The position numbers and the translations under genes were made by a program. The notes below the pieces were generated by a model that was given only the letters and a program-made list of their open reading frames with translations, searched no databases and was not told where the DNA came from. Positions 48,342 through 59,375 of a stretch of DNA of 64,000 nt are shown piece after piece. The DNA is taken from positions 44,412 to 108,411 of IMG/VR virus record IMGVR_UViG_3300037258_000161, one strand, 5' to 3'. This DNA is from a virus. Every line of letters begins with the position of its first letter. The first letter of the stretch is position 1.

Positions 48342-49488
48342 ACCCAGACGGTACGCCTGCGCCTTCTTGTCCAGTCCCATGAGGCTCAGCAGTAACAGGC
48401 GGACATGCCGGACTTACCGATAGTGCTGGACATGATGGACCAGCGGGACAATCATTGGGCTGAAGCGGTCGCGGCACGGGGGGAACCCCCGCACCAACCG
48501 TCTTGCGCACCAGGACGGGTCCCTGACGGTGTATGGCCCTCCGTGCCGCGACCGCCCGGCAGCGAGGGGGGAGACCCTGTGATTACCGGAGAGGCTTACG
48601 CCGGGTCAGTGGTGAGCCCGGCAGAGCGTGCCATGCGGTCCGAATGCGCCGCGTTGATGAGAGAGTTCCCCGGCTGCACGATCAGGTGGACGAGCATGCG
48701 GGGCTACCGGGTGGACCGGGAAGGCCGCGAGCCGCTGTTCTGCGAGTCCCGTACCGCCGTCCTGTGCCACCTCGTGCAGGACCGGCAGCGGCCAGACTTG
48801 TGAGCGGCAACGGCTTCGTCTACGGCACGGCGGTGTACCGTTCCGCCCGGCCCGGCGAGATCGAGGTCACCCGCGACGGCGACGAGTACGGCGAGCGGTT
48901 CCAGGGACCTGCCGCGGGGCCTCCCAGGCGCATCCACCTGGCGCCGACGCCGTGGCGGGTCGTGCCCGATGCCGACTGGGACCAGGACGAAACGGGGGCG
49001 TGGTGGATACGCGTGGAGCAGGACGAGGATCCGGCGGCGGTATTTCCCGGCTGACCCCCCGGGCCGGGGGCTTGCTTCCCGCACGTAAGCGGCTAAGTTG
49101 ACTTTTCTGTGAACCGATGTCATCTTCCGGACGTCATCGGGTACAGGAGAACGGTGCCCCGCATCACGCAGGGCAGGGGCACCTGGCGCATCAGGGGGAG
49201 TGAACGCCGCAGCGGCGCGGCCGGCTCCGAGTCTGCGCAGGCGAGGAGTGCGGGTCGCGCCGCTGCGGCCTGCCCTTGACTATCGCTAACTTAAAGTGAG
49301 TGCTGTCTCACTATTGGACACCGGGCCGCGTAAAGTCCGCGTATTGACGCTGCCATGAGCCTGTTACGTTAAGTCGCCGCCCCGTCACGTTCGGTGCCGT
49401 ATGATCATCTGGACTTCTCAGCCGCCTCTGAGGGAGCTGGGACGCCTGCGCGCATCACCTGGGTACTTTCGACACGGGGGTCGATCTG

Positions 49489-49893
49489 ATGCTGCGCCAT
49501 GTCCGCACGACCAGGTTCCGCTTTCCCTGGTGGCTGCCCGCCCTCGCCGCCATTCCCCTCATCGTGGCGCTGGTGCTGCTCTCGGCCGGGACCGAGTACC
49601 TCGAGGACTGGCGCATCCTCGTCACCGCAGGCGTGCTGTTCGCCGTCCTGGCATCGCTCCCGGTGCTGCGCCGGCTGGCCTGTGACGCCAGCAGGCACCG
49701 GAGGCATCACCGCAGGATGGACCGCCAGCACGCGTTTATGGCAGCCCTCACGCGGTTCACGTTCACCGACGAGGGCCAGGACGTCCCGCCCGCGCTGGCC
49801 GATGAGAGGGAGCAGCAGCCAGGGGTGGCAGTCTTCAGGCCCCGCCCCGCCGCTCCGCGTCACCGGGCTCAGTCGCGCCGGCATAACGCCTGA
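49489..49893 (+). CDS. Two-TM membrane protein
   Basis: Two hydrophobic helices. Confidence 0.45.
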   Translation: MLRHVRTTRFRFPWWLPALAAIPLIVALVLLSAGTEYLEDWRILVTAGVLFAVLASLPVLRRLACDASRHRRHHRRMDRQHAFMAALTRFTFTDEGQDVPPALADEREQQPGVAVFRPRPAAPRHRAQSRRHNA

Positions 49894-50287
49894 CCGCCCG
49901 CCGCAATGCCTCGGGCACGTCGCTGATACCCAGCTCGTTGAGCATCTCCCGGGCCTGCTCGCGGTGACGGCGGATCGCTGCCGCCTTCTCGTCATCAGGG
50001 AGGTCGGCACCCATAATCGCCTGCTCGAAGGCGTCCTGGGGCGCATCCTCGCCGGCATCCTCGGCAGCGAGGGCCAGCACGTGCTCTAGCGGCCAGTCGA
50101 GCCCCTTGGCGATCGCGGCCAGCGTGAGGTCGCGGATGTTGCTGACCGTGCCGCGGCGGATGAGGACCATCTGCTCTACCGATGGGCCGCCCCGGGCCGT
50201 CACGTCAGCCCACCGCAGGCCCAGCTCAAGCCGCCGTGCGTTCATCGCCTCCGCGAGTTTCACGTAGGTCTTGGGCTTACCGGGCAC
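49835..50287 (-). CDS. Immunity repressor-like XRE protein
   Basis: MNARRLELGLRWADV...GGPS...TLAAIAKGLDW; divergent from a Cro-like gene. Confidence 0.7.
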   Translation of the reverse strand: MPGKPKTYVKLAEAMNARRLELGLRWADVTARGGPSVEQMVLIRRGTVSNIRDLTLAAIAKGLDWPLEHVLALAAEDAGEDAPQDAFEQAIMGADLPDDEKAAAIRRHREQAREMLNELGISDVPEALRRAVRRYAGATEPGDAERRGGA

Positions 50288-50307
50288 GCGTCGCCTCCCC
50301 GTAGCTG

Positions 50308-50437
50308 CTGGTAATTACCAGAGACTACAAGCACGCTGCCGATCTTTCCTAGTCTGACGCTCCGCGTCCTCAATCTGTAGTTACGCCCAGACACGCGCAT
50401 TTACAGGTAAGCGTTTGCAAGCACTGGTAATTACTAG
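50308..50437. promoter_or_regulatory. Operator palindromes CTGGTAATTACCAG (50308-50321) and CTGGTAATTACTAG (50424-50437)
   Basis: 14-bp palindrome and its one-mismatch copy in the repressor/Cro intergenic region. Confidence 0.75.
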
Positions 50438-50450
50438 TACCGTGTCCTGC

Positions 50451-50696
50451 ATGGCTAGACCGAGGTACCCGGAACTCAACCGCCAGTTGCTGGAACGCGA
50501 GCGGCGCCGGCAGGGCCTGACCCTCGCCGACCTTGCCCGCAGGTGCCACGAGCGCGGTGACAAGAACGTCGACGAGACCGCACTGTCCCGCTATGAGCGC
50601 GGCGAAGTGCGGCCCGGCCCGAACCGGCTCCTCATCCTCGCTCAGGCACTCGGTGTCACCGTGGACGACCTGCTGGCGGAAGAGATCGCAGCATGA
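50451..50696 (+). CDS. Cro-like XRE HTH protein
   Basis: RRRQGLTLADLA...LSRYERGE...LAQALGVTVDDL. Confidence 0.8.
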   Translation: MARPRYPELNRQLLERERRRQGLTLADLARRCHERGDKNVDETALSRYERGEVRPGPNRLLILAQALGVTVDDLLAEEIAA

Positions 50697-51333
50697 GGCC
50701 CCAGGGAGTGCGCGTCCTGCGCAAGGACCGGCGCCGTGCCATGCGTGGCGTGCCCACCGGACGACGGGCCACGCACTACGTCAAGGCGGAGCGCCCACGT
50801 CAGCGTCAGCACGACATGCACGTCCGCATCTGGCGCTTCGTCCAGATCAACGACCGCCGCTGGGCAGAGCAGGACGTGGCCGCATGACCGGCGCCCAGCA
50901 CTACCAGGAAGCCGAGCGGCTGCTGCTTGAGGCCAACCATGTTGGCCACACGGACCCGGAACGGTCCGACCGCTACGTCACCGCCGCCCAGGTCCACGCC
51001 ACGCTGGCGGTCGCATTCACGACGGCAATGGCTCCCGCCTACCCCGCCGAGATGGACTCAGCCTGGATCAAGATGGCCGGCGGTCCCGCATGAGTCTCGC
51101 CGACGCGATCCGCGATCTGGACAAGAACCCGCCGCCTCCCCTGTCCATCGAACGTCACCCGGTCGCCCTGCGCGCACTGGGCGAGGGACTCGACTGGATC
51201 GAGGAGCAGCGGCAGAAGCAGCACCAGGGAGAGGCGGCCAGTCCGGCCGCGTAAACGCCAGCGGGCCCCGGTCGTGACCCGGGACCCGCAGAAGGCAAGC
51301 ACTGCACAGATTACCAGAAAGAGGGCAAGCACA

Positions 51334-51900
51334 GTGACCACGATCATCACGCCGCCAGTGGCAGTAGCCCTGGACGCCGGCGAGCTCGGCCTCAGGGCCG
51401 AGCTGGACGCCATCGAGAGCGCACCACCAGCGCCGACCAAGCGTCAGTTGGTCTTCATCAGGAACTTCCCCAAACGGCTACTTGCCGGCGCGGTCGTTGA
51501 CCTGGATGGGCCGAGGCCAGTAGATGACGCCCCGTGCTGGACGTGGGCATCGACAGTCATGCCAAACGGCTACGGCCGGATCGGCCGGGGCCCGCGCAAC
51601 ATCCTCGCCCACAGGGCCATGTGGATGTTGCTTAGAGGACCGATCCCGGACGGTCTGCAACTCGACCACCTCTGCCGCAATCGCGCTTGCGTCAACCCGG
51701 CCCACCTTGAGCCGGTGACCAACTGGGAGAACACGCTTCGCGGTGAACACCCGATCGCGGCCAACATCCACAAGACCCAGTGCCCGAAGGAGCACCCGTA
51801 CGACGAAGAGAACACCTACCGCCATGGCAGTCATCGCTACTGCCGCGCGTGCAGCCGCGAATCCCAAAGGGCTCGCGCCGGGAAGGCGGCCTCAAAGTGA
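51334..51900 (+). CDS. HNH endonuclease
   Basis: CWTW...GYG...AHR...LDHLCRNRACVNPAHLEPVT..EN...KTQCPKEHPY. Confidence 0.85.
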   Translation: MTTIITPPVAVALDAGELGLRAELDAIESAPPAPTKRQLVFIRNFPKRLLAGAVVDLDGPRPVDDAPCWTWASTVMPNGYGRIGRGPRNILAHRAMWMLLRGPIPDGLQLDHLCRNRACVNPAHLEPVTNWENTLRGEHPIAANIHKTQCPKEHPYDEENTYRHGSHRYCRACSRESQRARAGKAASK

Positions 51901-52225
51901 GCATCACCACGAGCGCCCCCGCGAGTCTCACCGAAGAGATGCGAGCGGTGGAATGTGAGTACCCCGGGTGGCTGCTCCACCTGTCCGAGCAGGGCTCCAT
52001 CTGGATCGACTCCGTCAGTGGCGTCCCGAGCCTCCGGGCCGCGACCCCGCTGCACGCCCGCCGCGTCATCGCCGAGTGGGAGCACCTGATGGACGTGCGG
52101 TACGGGCCGGGGAGCGAGGGCACCTGTGCCCGGCCAGGCTGCACGCACGACCACGGTTCCCACTGGGACGGCACCGGCCGGTGCGGCTTCTGCGACTGCG
52201 ACAGCTACGTACTGGCGGCTGCGTC

Positions 52226-52984
52226 ATGAGCGCCACCATCGCCGAGCGGTTCGCCAGCGACACCGCAGGCCACCAGATGATCGTGAAGCGCGACGACGGC
52301 CTGTACCGGCACCTGCGCTTCGTTCACCACCGCCTGTGCAACGACACAGTGATGCGGCCGGGCCACTCGTTCTACTGGTTCGACGTGATCACCTGGCCCG
52401 GCACGCTCACGGTCAACGGTGACTGCGGAACCTTCGTGTTCTCGCGGATCACGGACATGTTCGAGTTCTTCCGGTCCAGGTACGGCATCAACCCTCAGTA
52501 CTGGTCCGAGAAGCTGCAGGCCCCCGACCCTCAGTGTGCCAAGAAATACAGCCAGGACGCGTTCCGGCAGCACGTTGTTGATTACGTCACCGAGGCGATC
52601 CGCTACGGCGACGCGCCCCGCGGCATCGGCAAGGCGGTCCGTGACGAGATCTTCGGCCCGGACGCGAAGTGGAGCACCGAGTACGAGGAAGGCGCCCGGG
52701 AAGCGCTCCGCGACTTTGAGTACGGCGACACCTACACCGCCGCATGCCACTGCGGGGACAGCGCCGAGGGCCTGCTCTACGGGGCAGCCCTGGACTGGCG
52801 CAGCGATCACCGCAAGCAGCGCGGAATCGGCCACTTCGCGGAACTCACCAAGATCGAGAGCTTCCGGTTCACCGACACCTGGGAGTGGGACCTCACCGAC
52901 TACGACTGGCAGTTCCTCTGGTGCTGCCACGCGATCCAGTGGGGCATCGCCCAGTACGACGCCAGCAAGGCGGTGTCGGCATGA
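52226..52984 (+). CDS. Conserved phage hypothetical protein
   Basis: RDDGLYRHLRF...WFDVITWPG...GD.G..VFSR..DMFEFFR...INPQYW.EK. Confidence 0.6.
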   Translation: MSATIAERFASDTAGHQMIVKRDDGLYRHLRFVHHRLCNDTVMRPGHSFYWFDVITWPGTLTVNGDCGTFVFSRITDMFEFFRSRYGINPQYWSEKLQAPDPQCAKKYSQDAFRQHVVDYVTEAIRYGDAPRGIGKAVRDEIFGPDAKWSTEYEEGAREALRDFEYGDTYTAACHCGDSAEGLLYGAALDWRSDHRKQRGIGHFAELTKIESFRFTDTWEWDLTDYDWQFLWCCHAIQWGIAQYDASKAVSA

Positions 52985-54506
52985 ACGGCATCGGGCGCCG
53001 CCGCAGGACGCGGGACAACGACGACATAGTGACCGTCGCCCTGAAACTCGGCGCAATGGCCCCCGACTCCCCATCTGCGCAGCGCCTGGCCGAGATGGAG
53101 CGCATCCACGCCGACGAGATCGCCAGCCACCGCCAGCTCGCCAGCGACCACGCTGCACTGCTCGACGCCCTGCACGCCCGTTCCCCGGAGGAGTGGCACA
53201 TCGGGGACCCGGCCACGGCGGCGCTGGCCTACCTGCGCCACCTGGAAGACGAGGCGGACCGCTGCGGCATCAACCGCCGGCCCCCCTGGTCCCGCGAGGA
53301 CCGTCCCCGCGATGAGCACCTGTTCCGCAGGCTCGCGGCCGAACTCGGCGCGGAGGAGCGGTTCGGCCTCCCCGTCCCGCCGCGCACTGCGGCGGACGCT
53401 CAGGACCCCGGATCCGCAGCCGTACCTGCGGACGGTGGCCCGGCCGACAGGCCAGCGGCTGCGGATCCGGCCATCCCCGGCCCGGAGGTCCAGCCCCCGG
53501 CAGGTGAGGACGCGGCCCCCACCGCCGCAGGTGCCTCGCCTCGGGCCTCCGGGCCGGTCAGCAGCGAGGACGAGCCCGTGCAGGACGAGCCGGACGCGGA
53601 GGCCGACTGCGGCGAGACGGGAGACGTGGCATGACTCCCGGGGACTACGCGGCCCTGATCGTCGCTGGCGCGGTCGTGCTCCTGGCCCTCATCGGCGCCG
53701 TGGTCTACGGCATCCGCAGCGATTACACCGCGACTCTCACGGTCGGCCTCAAGCCGAAGCCCGCGCCGAAGGTGATCGCGCCCAGCGAGACGGGAGCCAC
53801 GTCATGAACCTGCTCGAGGTCGCGGTAGCGGCTGCGTTCGGGCTGACCATCTGGGTGCTCGTCATGCGCGCCGCCTACCACCGCGGCTTCGGTGCCGGGC
53901 TGTTCGCGGGCTACGGCTACGGCGAGACGGACGGTTACCGGCACGGGCGGTCAGAGGCGGCACTGGATCACATTCTCGCCACGCCTACCGAGACGGAGCA
54001 CTACGCCGGCGTCATCGGCTGGGCAGGCGACGCCGCGCAGGACAGTTCCCTGGCGTTCGCTGAGGCACTGCTGAGCGGCAGGCTCCGCGAGCCCGTCGGA
54101 GAGGACGTGCAGCGATGAGCGCCACCGTCCAGGTGATGCCGGGCGTGCGGCCCATCTACGTGCCGGACCTGTCCACCCAGCAGAAGGTCGCCCGCATCGA
54201 GGATCTCGCCTCAGCCACCGGCCTGACGCCAGAGATGACCCATGACCTGCTGCTGACCGTGGCCCATCCGTGGCTCGTCGGCGCGGCACTCATGGACGCC
54301 TGGATGAAAGCAGAGCAGGCCATCGCACTCAGGGACGCAACCCGCGTGCTGGACGAGGACGGCTTCGAGGCCGCTCCCGAGCTTCAGGACGAGGACTTCG
54401 AGGGCTACAAGGAGCGCGCCGAGGACGCGATCGGCGACCTGATCCACGGAACCAACATCAGCACCGCCCGGGGGGGCGGCCTTACATCACGGGGGAACGA
54501 AGCATC

Positions 54507-56705
54507 ATGAGCGAGTTTTCATTCGAGCCGGCAACCAAGGACCAGGCCAAGGCGCGCATCGCACTGGCGGGGCCGTCCGGCAGCGGCAAGGCGCTGCGCA
54601 TCAACCAGCCCGTCCTGACACCAAACGGATGGGTGCCGATCGGCGAGCTGGAGATTGGCGACCCGGTGATGGGTGCCGATGGACTGTCGCACACCGTTAC
54701 GGGCGTCTTCCCTCAGGGGGTCCGCGACCTCTACGAGGTTGTGATGTCCGACGGGACCGTGGTCATCGCCGACGGCGATCACCTGTGGCTGACCGAGACG
54801 GTCTACGCCCGGGCCGACGGGGCGCCGGCGAAGATCAGGACCACCACACACATAGCTGACACGGTGCGGCTCGGCAATGGGCGCGCCAATCACTACCTGC
54901 CCATGCCGCAGCCAGTGGAATTCCCGGCCGCCGAGTTGCCGATTGACCCCTACCTGCTGGGCGTGCTCCTGGGCGATGGCTGCCTGCGCACCGGAACCCG
55001 GAAGAACGGGGTCTCGGTCTCAACTGCCGACGCCGAGATGGTTGAGGTGCTGGCGAAGCTCCTGCCAGAGCCATGCACCCTGAAGTACGAGGGCGGCTAC
55101 GACTACCGCATCTCTACCGGCAACATTGGCCCCGGCAAGAATCCGCTGACCAAAGCGCTCCGGTCACTGGGACTCCTGGGCTCAAGCTCGCACGACAAGC
55201 ACATCCCCAGCGAGTACCTGTTCGCCGCACCCAATCAACGCCTAGCGATGCTCCAGGGCCTCCTGGACTCGGATGGCCATACGAGTGGCCACACCGTGGA
55301 ATTCGCGACCGCCAGCCACCAACTGGCGAATGACGTGGTGTTCCTGGTGCAGTCATTTGGCGGGACCGTCACGATCGCCGAGCGCCAGCCGAGTTACAGC
55401 TACGGAGGCGCGAAGCACACCGGGCGGCCATCGTGGCGCCTGTACGTCAAGCTTCCCGCCGGCATTGAGCCTTTCCGGCTTGAGCGCAAGCGCATCGTCT
55501 ACATCCCCCGGACCAAGTACCAGCCGTGGCGGCAGATCGTTGCCGTCCGCCCAGCCGGGTCAGGACTGGCTGTGTGCATCAGCGTTGACGCTCCTGATCA
55601 CCTGTTCCTCACCGCAGGCTGCGTGCCAACGCACAACACCTGGACGAGCCTCACCGTCGCGCAGGCACTCGGCGACAAGGTGGCCGTGATCGACACCGAG
55701 CGCGGCTCGGCCAGCAAGTACGCCAGCGACTTCAAGTTCGACCGCCTCAACATGAACCGCTACGACCCGCGCGACCTCGCCAAGGCGCTCGCCGCCGCCG
55801 CGCAGGCCGGGTACGAGGTCGTCATCGTGGACTCGCTGTCGAAGTTCTGGAGCGGGTCCGGCGGGATGCTGGAGCAGGTCGACAACGCGGCCAAGCGCGG
55901 CTACGGCGGCAACAGCTTCGGCGGGTGGAAGGAAGCCCGGCCGATGGAGTCGGCCATGGTCGAGGCCCTGCTGAGCTACCCCGGCCACGTCATCGTGACC
56001 ATGCGGACCAAGACCGCCTACGAGATCATCGAGGACGAGCGCGGGCGCAAGGTCCCGACGAAGCTCGGCCTCAAGCCCGAGCAGCGCGACGGCATCGAGT
56101 ACGAGTTCGACATCGTCGGCGACATGGACCTGCAGAACGCGCTGACGGTCTCCAAGTCCCGCTGCCGCTCACTGTCCGGCATGGTCATCCAGCGGCCCGA
56201 CGCCACGCTCGGCGAGGAGATCCTCGCGTGGCTGTCCGACGGCAAGCCTGCGATGAATGCCACGGACTACCGGGAGGCGGCATGTGCCCCCGGTGCGACG
56301 ACCGAGATGCTGCGCACCCTGCACGCTGAGGTGAAGGCCAAGGGCCTGCTCGGTGCCGCTGTCGTCCTCGGCGACGAGACCCTGACCCTCGGGGCGCTCA
56401 TTGTCCGCAAGGGCCAGGAGGCCACCCAGCGGGAGCGCTCGGGCACCGCAGAAGCAACCCCGGCCGAGCCCGCAAAGCCCGCTACCAGGAAGCCGCGGGC
56501 CGTGAAGGATACGCCTGCACTCGACCCGGAGGACCCATGGGCTGCACGGGTGGAGGAGATCGCCTGCGATGCCGACGCCCTGGCAATCGGCAGCGAGGTT
56601 GACAGCGAGGTCAGCCTCGGCAACCTCGGCGACGACAAGGCCGCCGCAATCCGCCACGCCATCGTCGCCCGGCTGGACGCACTCAAGCACGAGGCAGCGG
56701 CATGA
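54507..56705 (+). CDS. AAA_24 (Sak4-like) ATPase, intein-containing
   Basis: RIALAGPSGSGK|T...VIDTERGSASKY...IVDSLS.FW...HVIVTMR.K...QRDGIEYEFD. Confidence 0.85.
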   Translation: MSEFSFEPATKDQAKARIALAGPSGSGKALRINQPVLTPNGWVPIGELEIGDPVMGADGLSHTVTGVFPQGVRDLYEVVMSDGTVVIADGDHLWLTETVYARADGAPAKIRTTTHIADTVRLGNGRANHYLPMPQPVEFPAAELPIDPYLLGVLLGDGCLRTGTRKNGVSVSTADAEMVEVLAKLLPEPCTLKYEGGYDYRISTGNIGPGKNPLTKALRSLGLLGSSSHDKHIPSEYLFAAPNQRLAMLQGLLDSDGHTSGHTVEFATASHQLANDVVFLVQSFGGTVTIAERQPSYSYGGAKHTGRPSWRLYVKLPAGIEPFRLERKRIVYIPRTKYQPWRQIVAVRPAGSGLAVCISVDAPDHLFLTAGCVPTHNTWTSLTVAQALGDKVAVIDTERGSASKYASDFKFDRLNMNRYDPRDLAKALAAAAQAGYEVVIVDSLSKFWSGSGGMLEQVDNAAKRGYGGNSFGGWKEARPMESAMVEALLSYPGHVIVTMRTKTAYEIIEDERGRKVPTKLGLKPEQRDGIEYEFDIVGDMDLQNALTVSKSRCRSLSGMVIQRPDATLGEEILAWLSDGKPAMNATDYREAACAPGATTEMLRTLHAEVKAKGLLGAAVVLGDETLTLGALIVRKGQEATQRERSGTAEATPAEPAKPATRKPRAVKDTPALDPEDPWAARVEEIACDADALAIGSEVDSEVSLGNLGDDKAAAIRHAIVARLDALKHEAAA
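54591..55637 (+). mobile_element. Class 3 intein (349 aa) with LAGLIDADG endonuclease
   Basis: Ala1 (ALRINQPVLTP), DHLW, VCISV, PTHN|T; LGVLLGDG and LQGLLDSDG. Confidence 0.85.
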
Positions 56706-57385
56706 GCACCCCGCGCCTCGTCCCCGGCGACCGCCGCGTCAAGACGGCCTGGACCGACCCGGAGCACGTCCGCCTCGCCGAGGGGACCCCGGAGGAGCGG
56801 GTCAGCCCGCACCACGCCGAGCGGCTGCGCCGTGCCGACCTGGACGACTGGGTCGCCCCGTGCCCCCATGCCGCCGAAGAGGCCGCACTCGCGCTGCCTG
56901 CTGGCGGTGAGTCGTGAGCGCCCTGTTCGTAGACGCACGGCCGTGCCCCGGCGGCGTGGAGCTGACGCGCAATGGCGGCGAGCGGATCAACCGCCTGTCC
57001 GTCGATGAGGCGCGGAAGCTGGCCGTGCGCCTGCTCGCCGCCGCCAGCGAGAGCCAGCACACCCAGGCCGGGGACGCCACGCGGCAGTACCAGATGCGCC
57101 AGCGCGACCCCGACAACGACCACCGCTTCGACGGGGCCGGAACGGATGGCTACGAGCTATGAACGGCGAGACCCCGGCGGAGGAAGTCCGCCGTACCCGC
57201 CGCCAGCTCGTGGCCGCCGCACTGCGTGACGCCCTCGCCGAAGCCGAGATGCAGGGCGTCCCCACGAAGGTCATGAAGGCCGACGGGGAACTGGCCATCG
57301 CCGCCAGGAACCACGCCCGCGCGATCGGCGCCCTGGATCCGCACCTGCAGCCGAAAGGCTGGCACGAGCCGGTTGAGGTGGCTTC

Positions 57386-57943
57386 ATGAGGCGTTGCGGA
57401 AAGCGGTACAGCTCCGAGGAGGCCGCCCTGCGCTCCAAGAAGGGGCTCACGGGCCGATACCTCGCGGTCCCGTGCCGCTGCGAGGGCTGGCATCTCGAGG
57501 AGCTGATCCTCAAGCCGGTCCCGTCCTGGTCGGCCGGGCCTGCTGGCAGTGAGACCTTCTCCGCTGCGGTCTGCGCGCTGATCGACCAGCGTGACGGGGA
57601 CGACGGCGGGGCCGTCCTGGTGCGCCTCTGCCAGCGCTGCGGGACCACGCGGAACCTGCACCGGCATCACCGGCGCGGCAAGGATGCCGGGGGCAGCAGC
57701 GACCGGGCACACACGCACTGCGCGTGCAACGGCGTCACGCTGTGCCGCGGCTGCCACGCCGAGGTTCACGCCCACCCGGAGCAGTCACAGGCCGAGGGCT
57801 GGATCGTCTCTCAGTCCGAGGACGAGCCCGCCTCAGTGGGCGTGATGCGCTTCGCCTCCGCAGAGGGTGGCGCTACCCAGTGGCCGTCCTGCTCGGGCGA
57901 GTGGGCCCGGACCGCGCCGGAGATGCGGGAGGCGGTCTCATGA
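57386..57943 (+). CDS. HNH-family protein
   Basis: CQRCG...HRHHRR...NGVTLC.GCHAEVH. Confidence 0.7.
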   Translation: MRRCGKRYSSEEAALRSKKGLTGRYLAVPCRCEGWHLEELILKPVPSWSAGPAGSETFSAAVCALIDQRDGDDGGAVLVRLCQRCGTTRNLHRHHRRGKDAGGSSDRAHTHCACNGVTLCRGCHAEVHAHPEQSQAEGWIVSQSEDEPASVGVMRFASAEGGATQWPSCSGEWARTAPEMREAVS

Positions 57944-58203
57944 GCGAGTCCGTAGCCCGCGCGTGCGGCATCACTTACCGGCAGCTGGACTACTGGGTCA
58001 GGCGCGGATGGGTGCGCCCGGAGGAGCCCCTGCCGGGCCAGGGCCGCCCCAGGGAATGGCCTGCCGCGGAGCTGAACATCGCCCGCCAGATGGGGCTGCT
58101 CATCGCTGCTGGATTCAACGCTGAGGCAGCGCATCAGGTGGCACGCGACGGCCGGGCTCTTGATGTCCTGGGCGCCCTGCGGCCGAAGGAAGGTGCAGCT
58201 TGA
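57940..58203 (+). CDS. MerR-like HTH protein
   Basis: GITYRQLDYWVRRG...G.GRPREW...LIAAG. Confidence 0.7.
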   Translation: MSESVARACGITYRQLDYWVRRGWVRPEEPLPGQGRPREWPAAELNIARQMGLLIAAGFNAEAAHQVARDGRALDVLGALRPKEGAA

Positions 58204-58522
58204 ACGGCGCCGGGATCGGCCGCAGGCTCCGCCAGCCCGGTCACCTGATCGCCGGGGCCGGGCCGTGGCTCGCGGGCCGCCTCGTCGCCTTCGCGGACCT
58301 CTGCGGGCTGACGACGTTCGAGGCGTGGCAGGACCGCAGGTCCCCCTCCGGTGCCGGGCCTGCCGACGCCGCTGCGCCCGGGCATCCGGTCACCTACAGG
58401 AAGTGCGAGACGCCGGGGCTTCCCGTGGACGGCAGGCCGCTGGACGGCTACGAGCAGCAGGCCTTCGCCTCCCTGGCACTGCGGGTCTCCGGTGCCCGGG
58501 TGCCGGAGCAGGGGGAGGGCCG

Positions 58523-59104
58523 GTGAGCGTCGTTGGCTACCGGGCCCGCAATCACCCGCAGCAAGTCCGTGCCAGCGGCGCCGTGGCTGAGGTGGACGAT
58601 CGCGCCACCGACTGGGAGGACTTCCGGCCGCTTAACGCCCGGTTCGGCTTCACGATCGACGCAGCGGCCTCGCCACGCAACGCCAAGCTGCCCCGGTACT
58701 GGACGGCTGCCGTTAACGGCCTGGAGCAGTCGTGGGCCGGTGAGCGCGTGTGGTGCAACCCGCCGTACTCGCACCCGAACCTGTACCACTGGGTGACCAA
58801 GGCCTGGCGCGAGCTCGGCACGCAGCCGGGGCCACCCGAGCTCGTCGTGATGCTCGTCCCGGCCAACCGCACCGAGCAGGTCTGGTGGCAGCAGTGGGTT
58901 GAGCCATTCCGCGACCGGGCCGGGGAGATCCTGCACGTGGAGTTCCTGCCCGGCCGGATGCGCTTCGTCGCCCCTGGTGCCAATGGCATCGGCCCGAACG
59001 AGCGCCCGCCGTTCGGCTGCTGCCTGCTGATCTGGGGCCACGACGTGCCGCCTGCGCTGCCCGTGGCCACACAGGCCGACCTGTTCAGCGGGGAGGCGTC
59101 ATGA
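58523..59104 (+). CDS. Phage DNA N6-adenine methyltransferase (Dam)
   Basis: FGFTIDAAAS..NAK...WCNPPYS...MLVPANRT. Confidence 0.85.
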   Translation: MSVVGYRARNHPQQVRASGAVAEVDDRATDWEDFRPLNARFGFTIDAAASPRNAKLPRYWTAAVNGLEQSWAGERVWCNPPYSHPNLYHWVTKAWRELGTQPGPPELVVMLVPANRTEQVWWQQWVEPFRDRAGEILHVEFLPGRMRFVAPGANGIGPNERPPFGCCLLIWGHDVPPALPVATQADLFSGEAS

Positions 59105-59307
59105 AGCCCAGCCCTCCCCATGAGCACCTCCTGCGTCCCGGGGAGGTCGCTGCCCTGTTCAGGGTCGGCATGACAGCGATCCGCTCCTGGGAGGAACGCG
59201 GGCTCCTGCACCCCATCCGGACGCCGGGCGGTGAACGGCGCTACATCGAGGCCGAGGTGCTCGCCCGGCGCGCAGGGCTCCCGTGGGAGCCACCACAGAC
59301 CGACTGA
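59101..59307 (+). CDS. BldC-like MerR/Xis HTH protein
   Basis: LLRPGEVAALFRV...W...G.L..IRTPGGERRY.EAEV. Confidence 0.78.
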   Translation: MKPSPPHEHLLRPGEVAALFRVGMTAIRSWEERGLLHPIRTPGGERRYIEAEVLARRAGLPWEPPQTD

Positions 59308-59375
59308 CCTGCCCCGCTCAACCAGCGCCGGGAAAGGCCCGGTGCGCCAACCGAAGAAAACCGAAGGGGATTCAC

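Noticed and set aside
48400-49830. Integrase expected next to the repressor
   Set aside because: No tyrosine or serine recombinase motifs in any ORF here or elsewhere in the window
54270-54506. N-terminal extension of the AAA ATPase ORF
   Set aside because: Overlaps upstream gene 54115..54510; the RBS and conserved start fit ATG 54507
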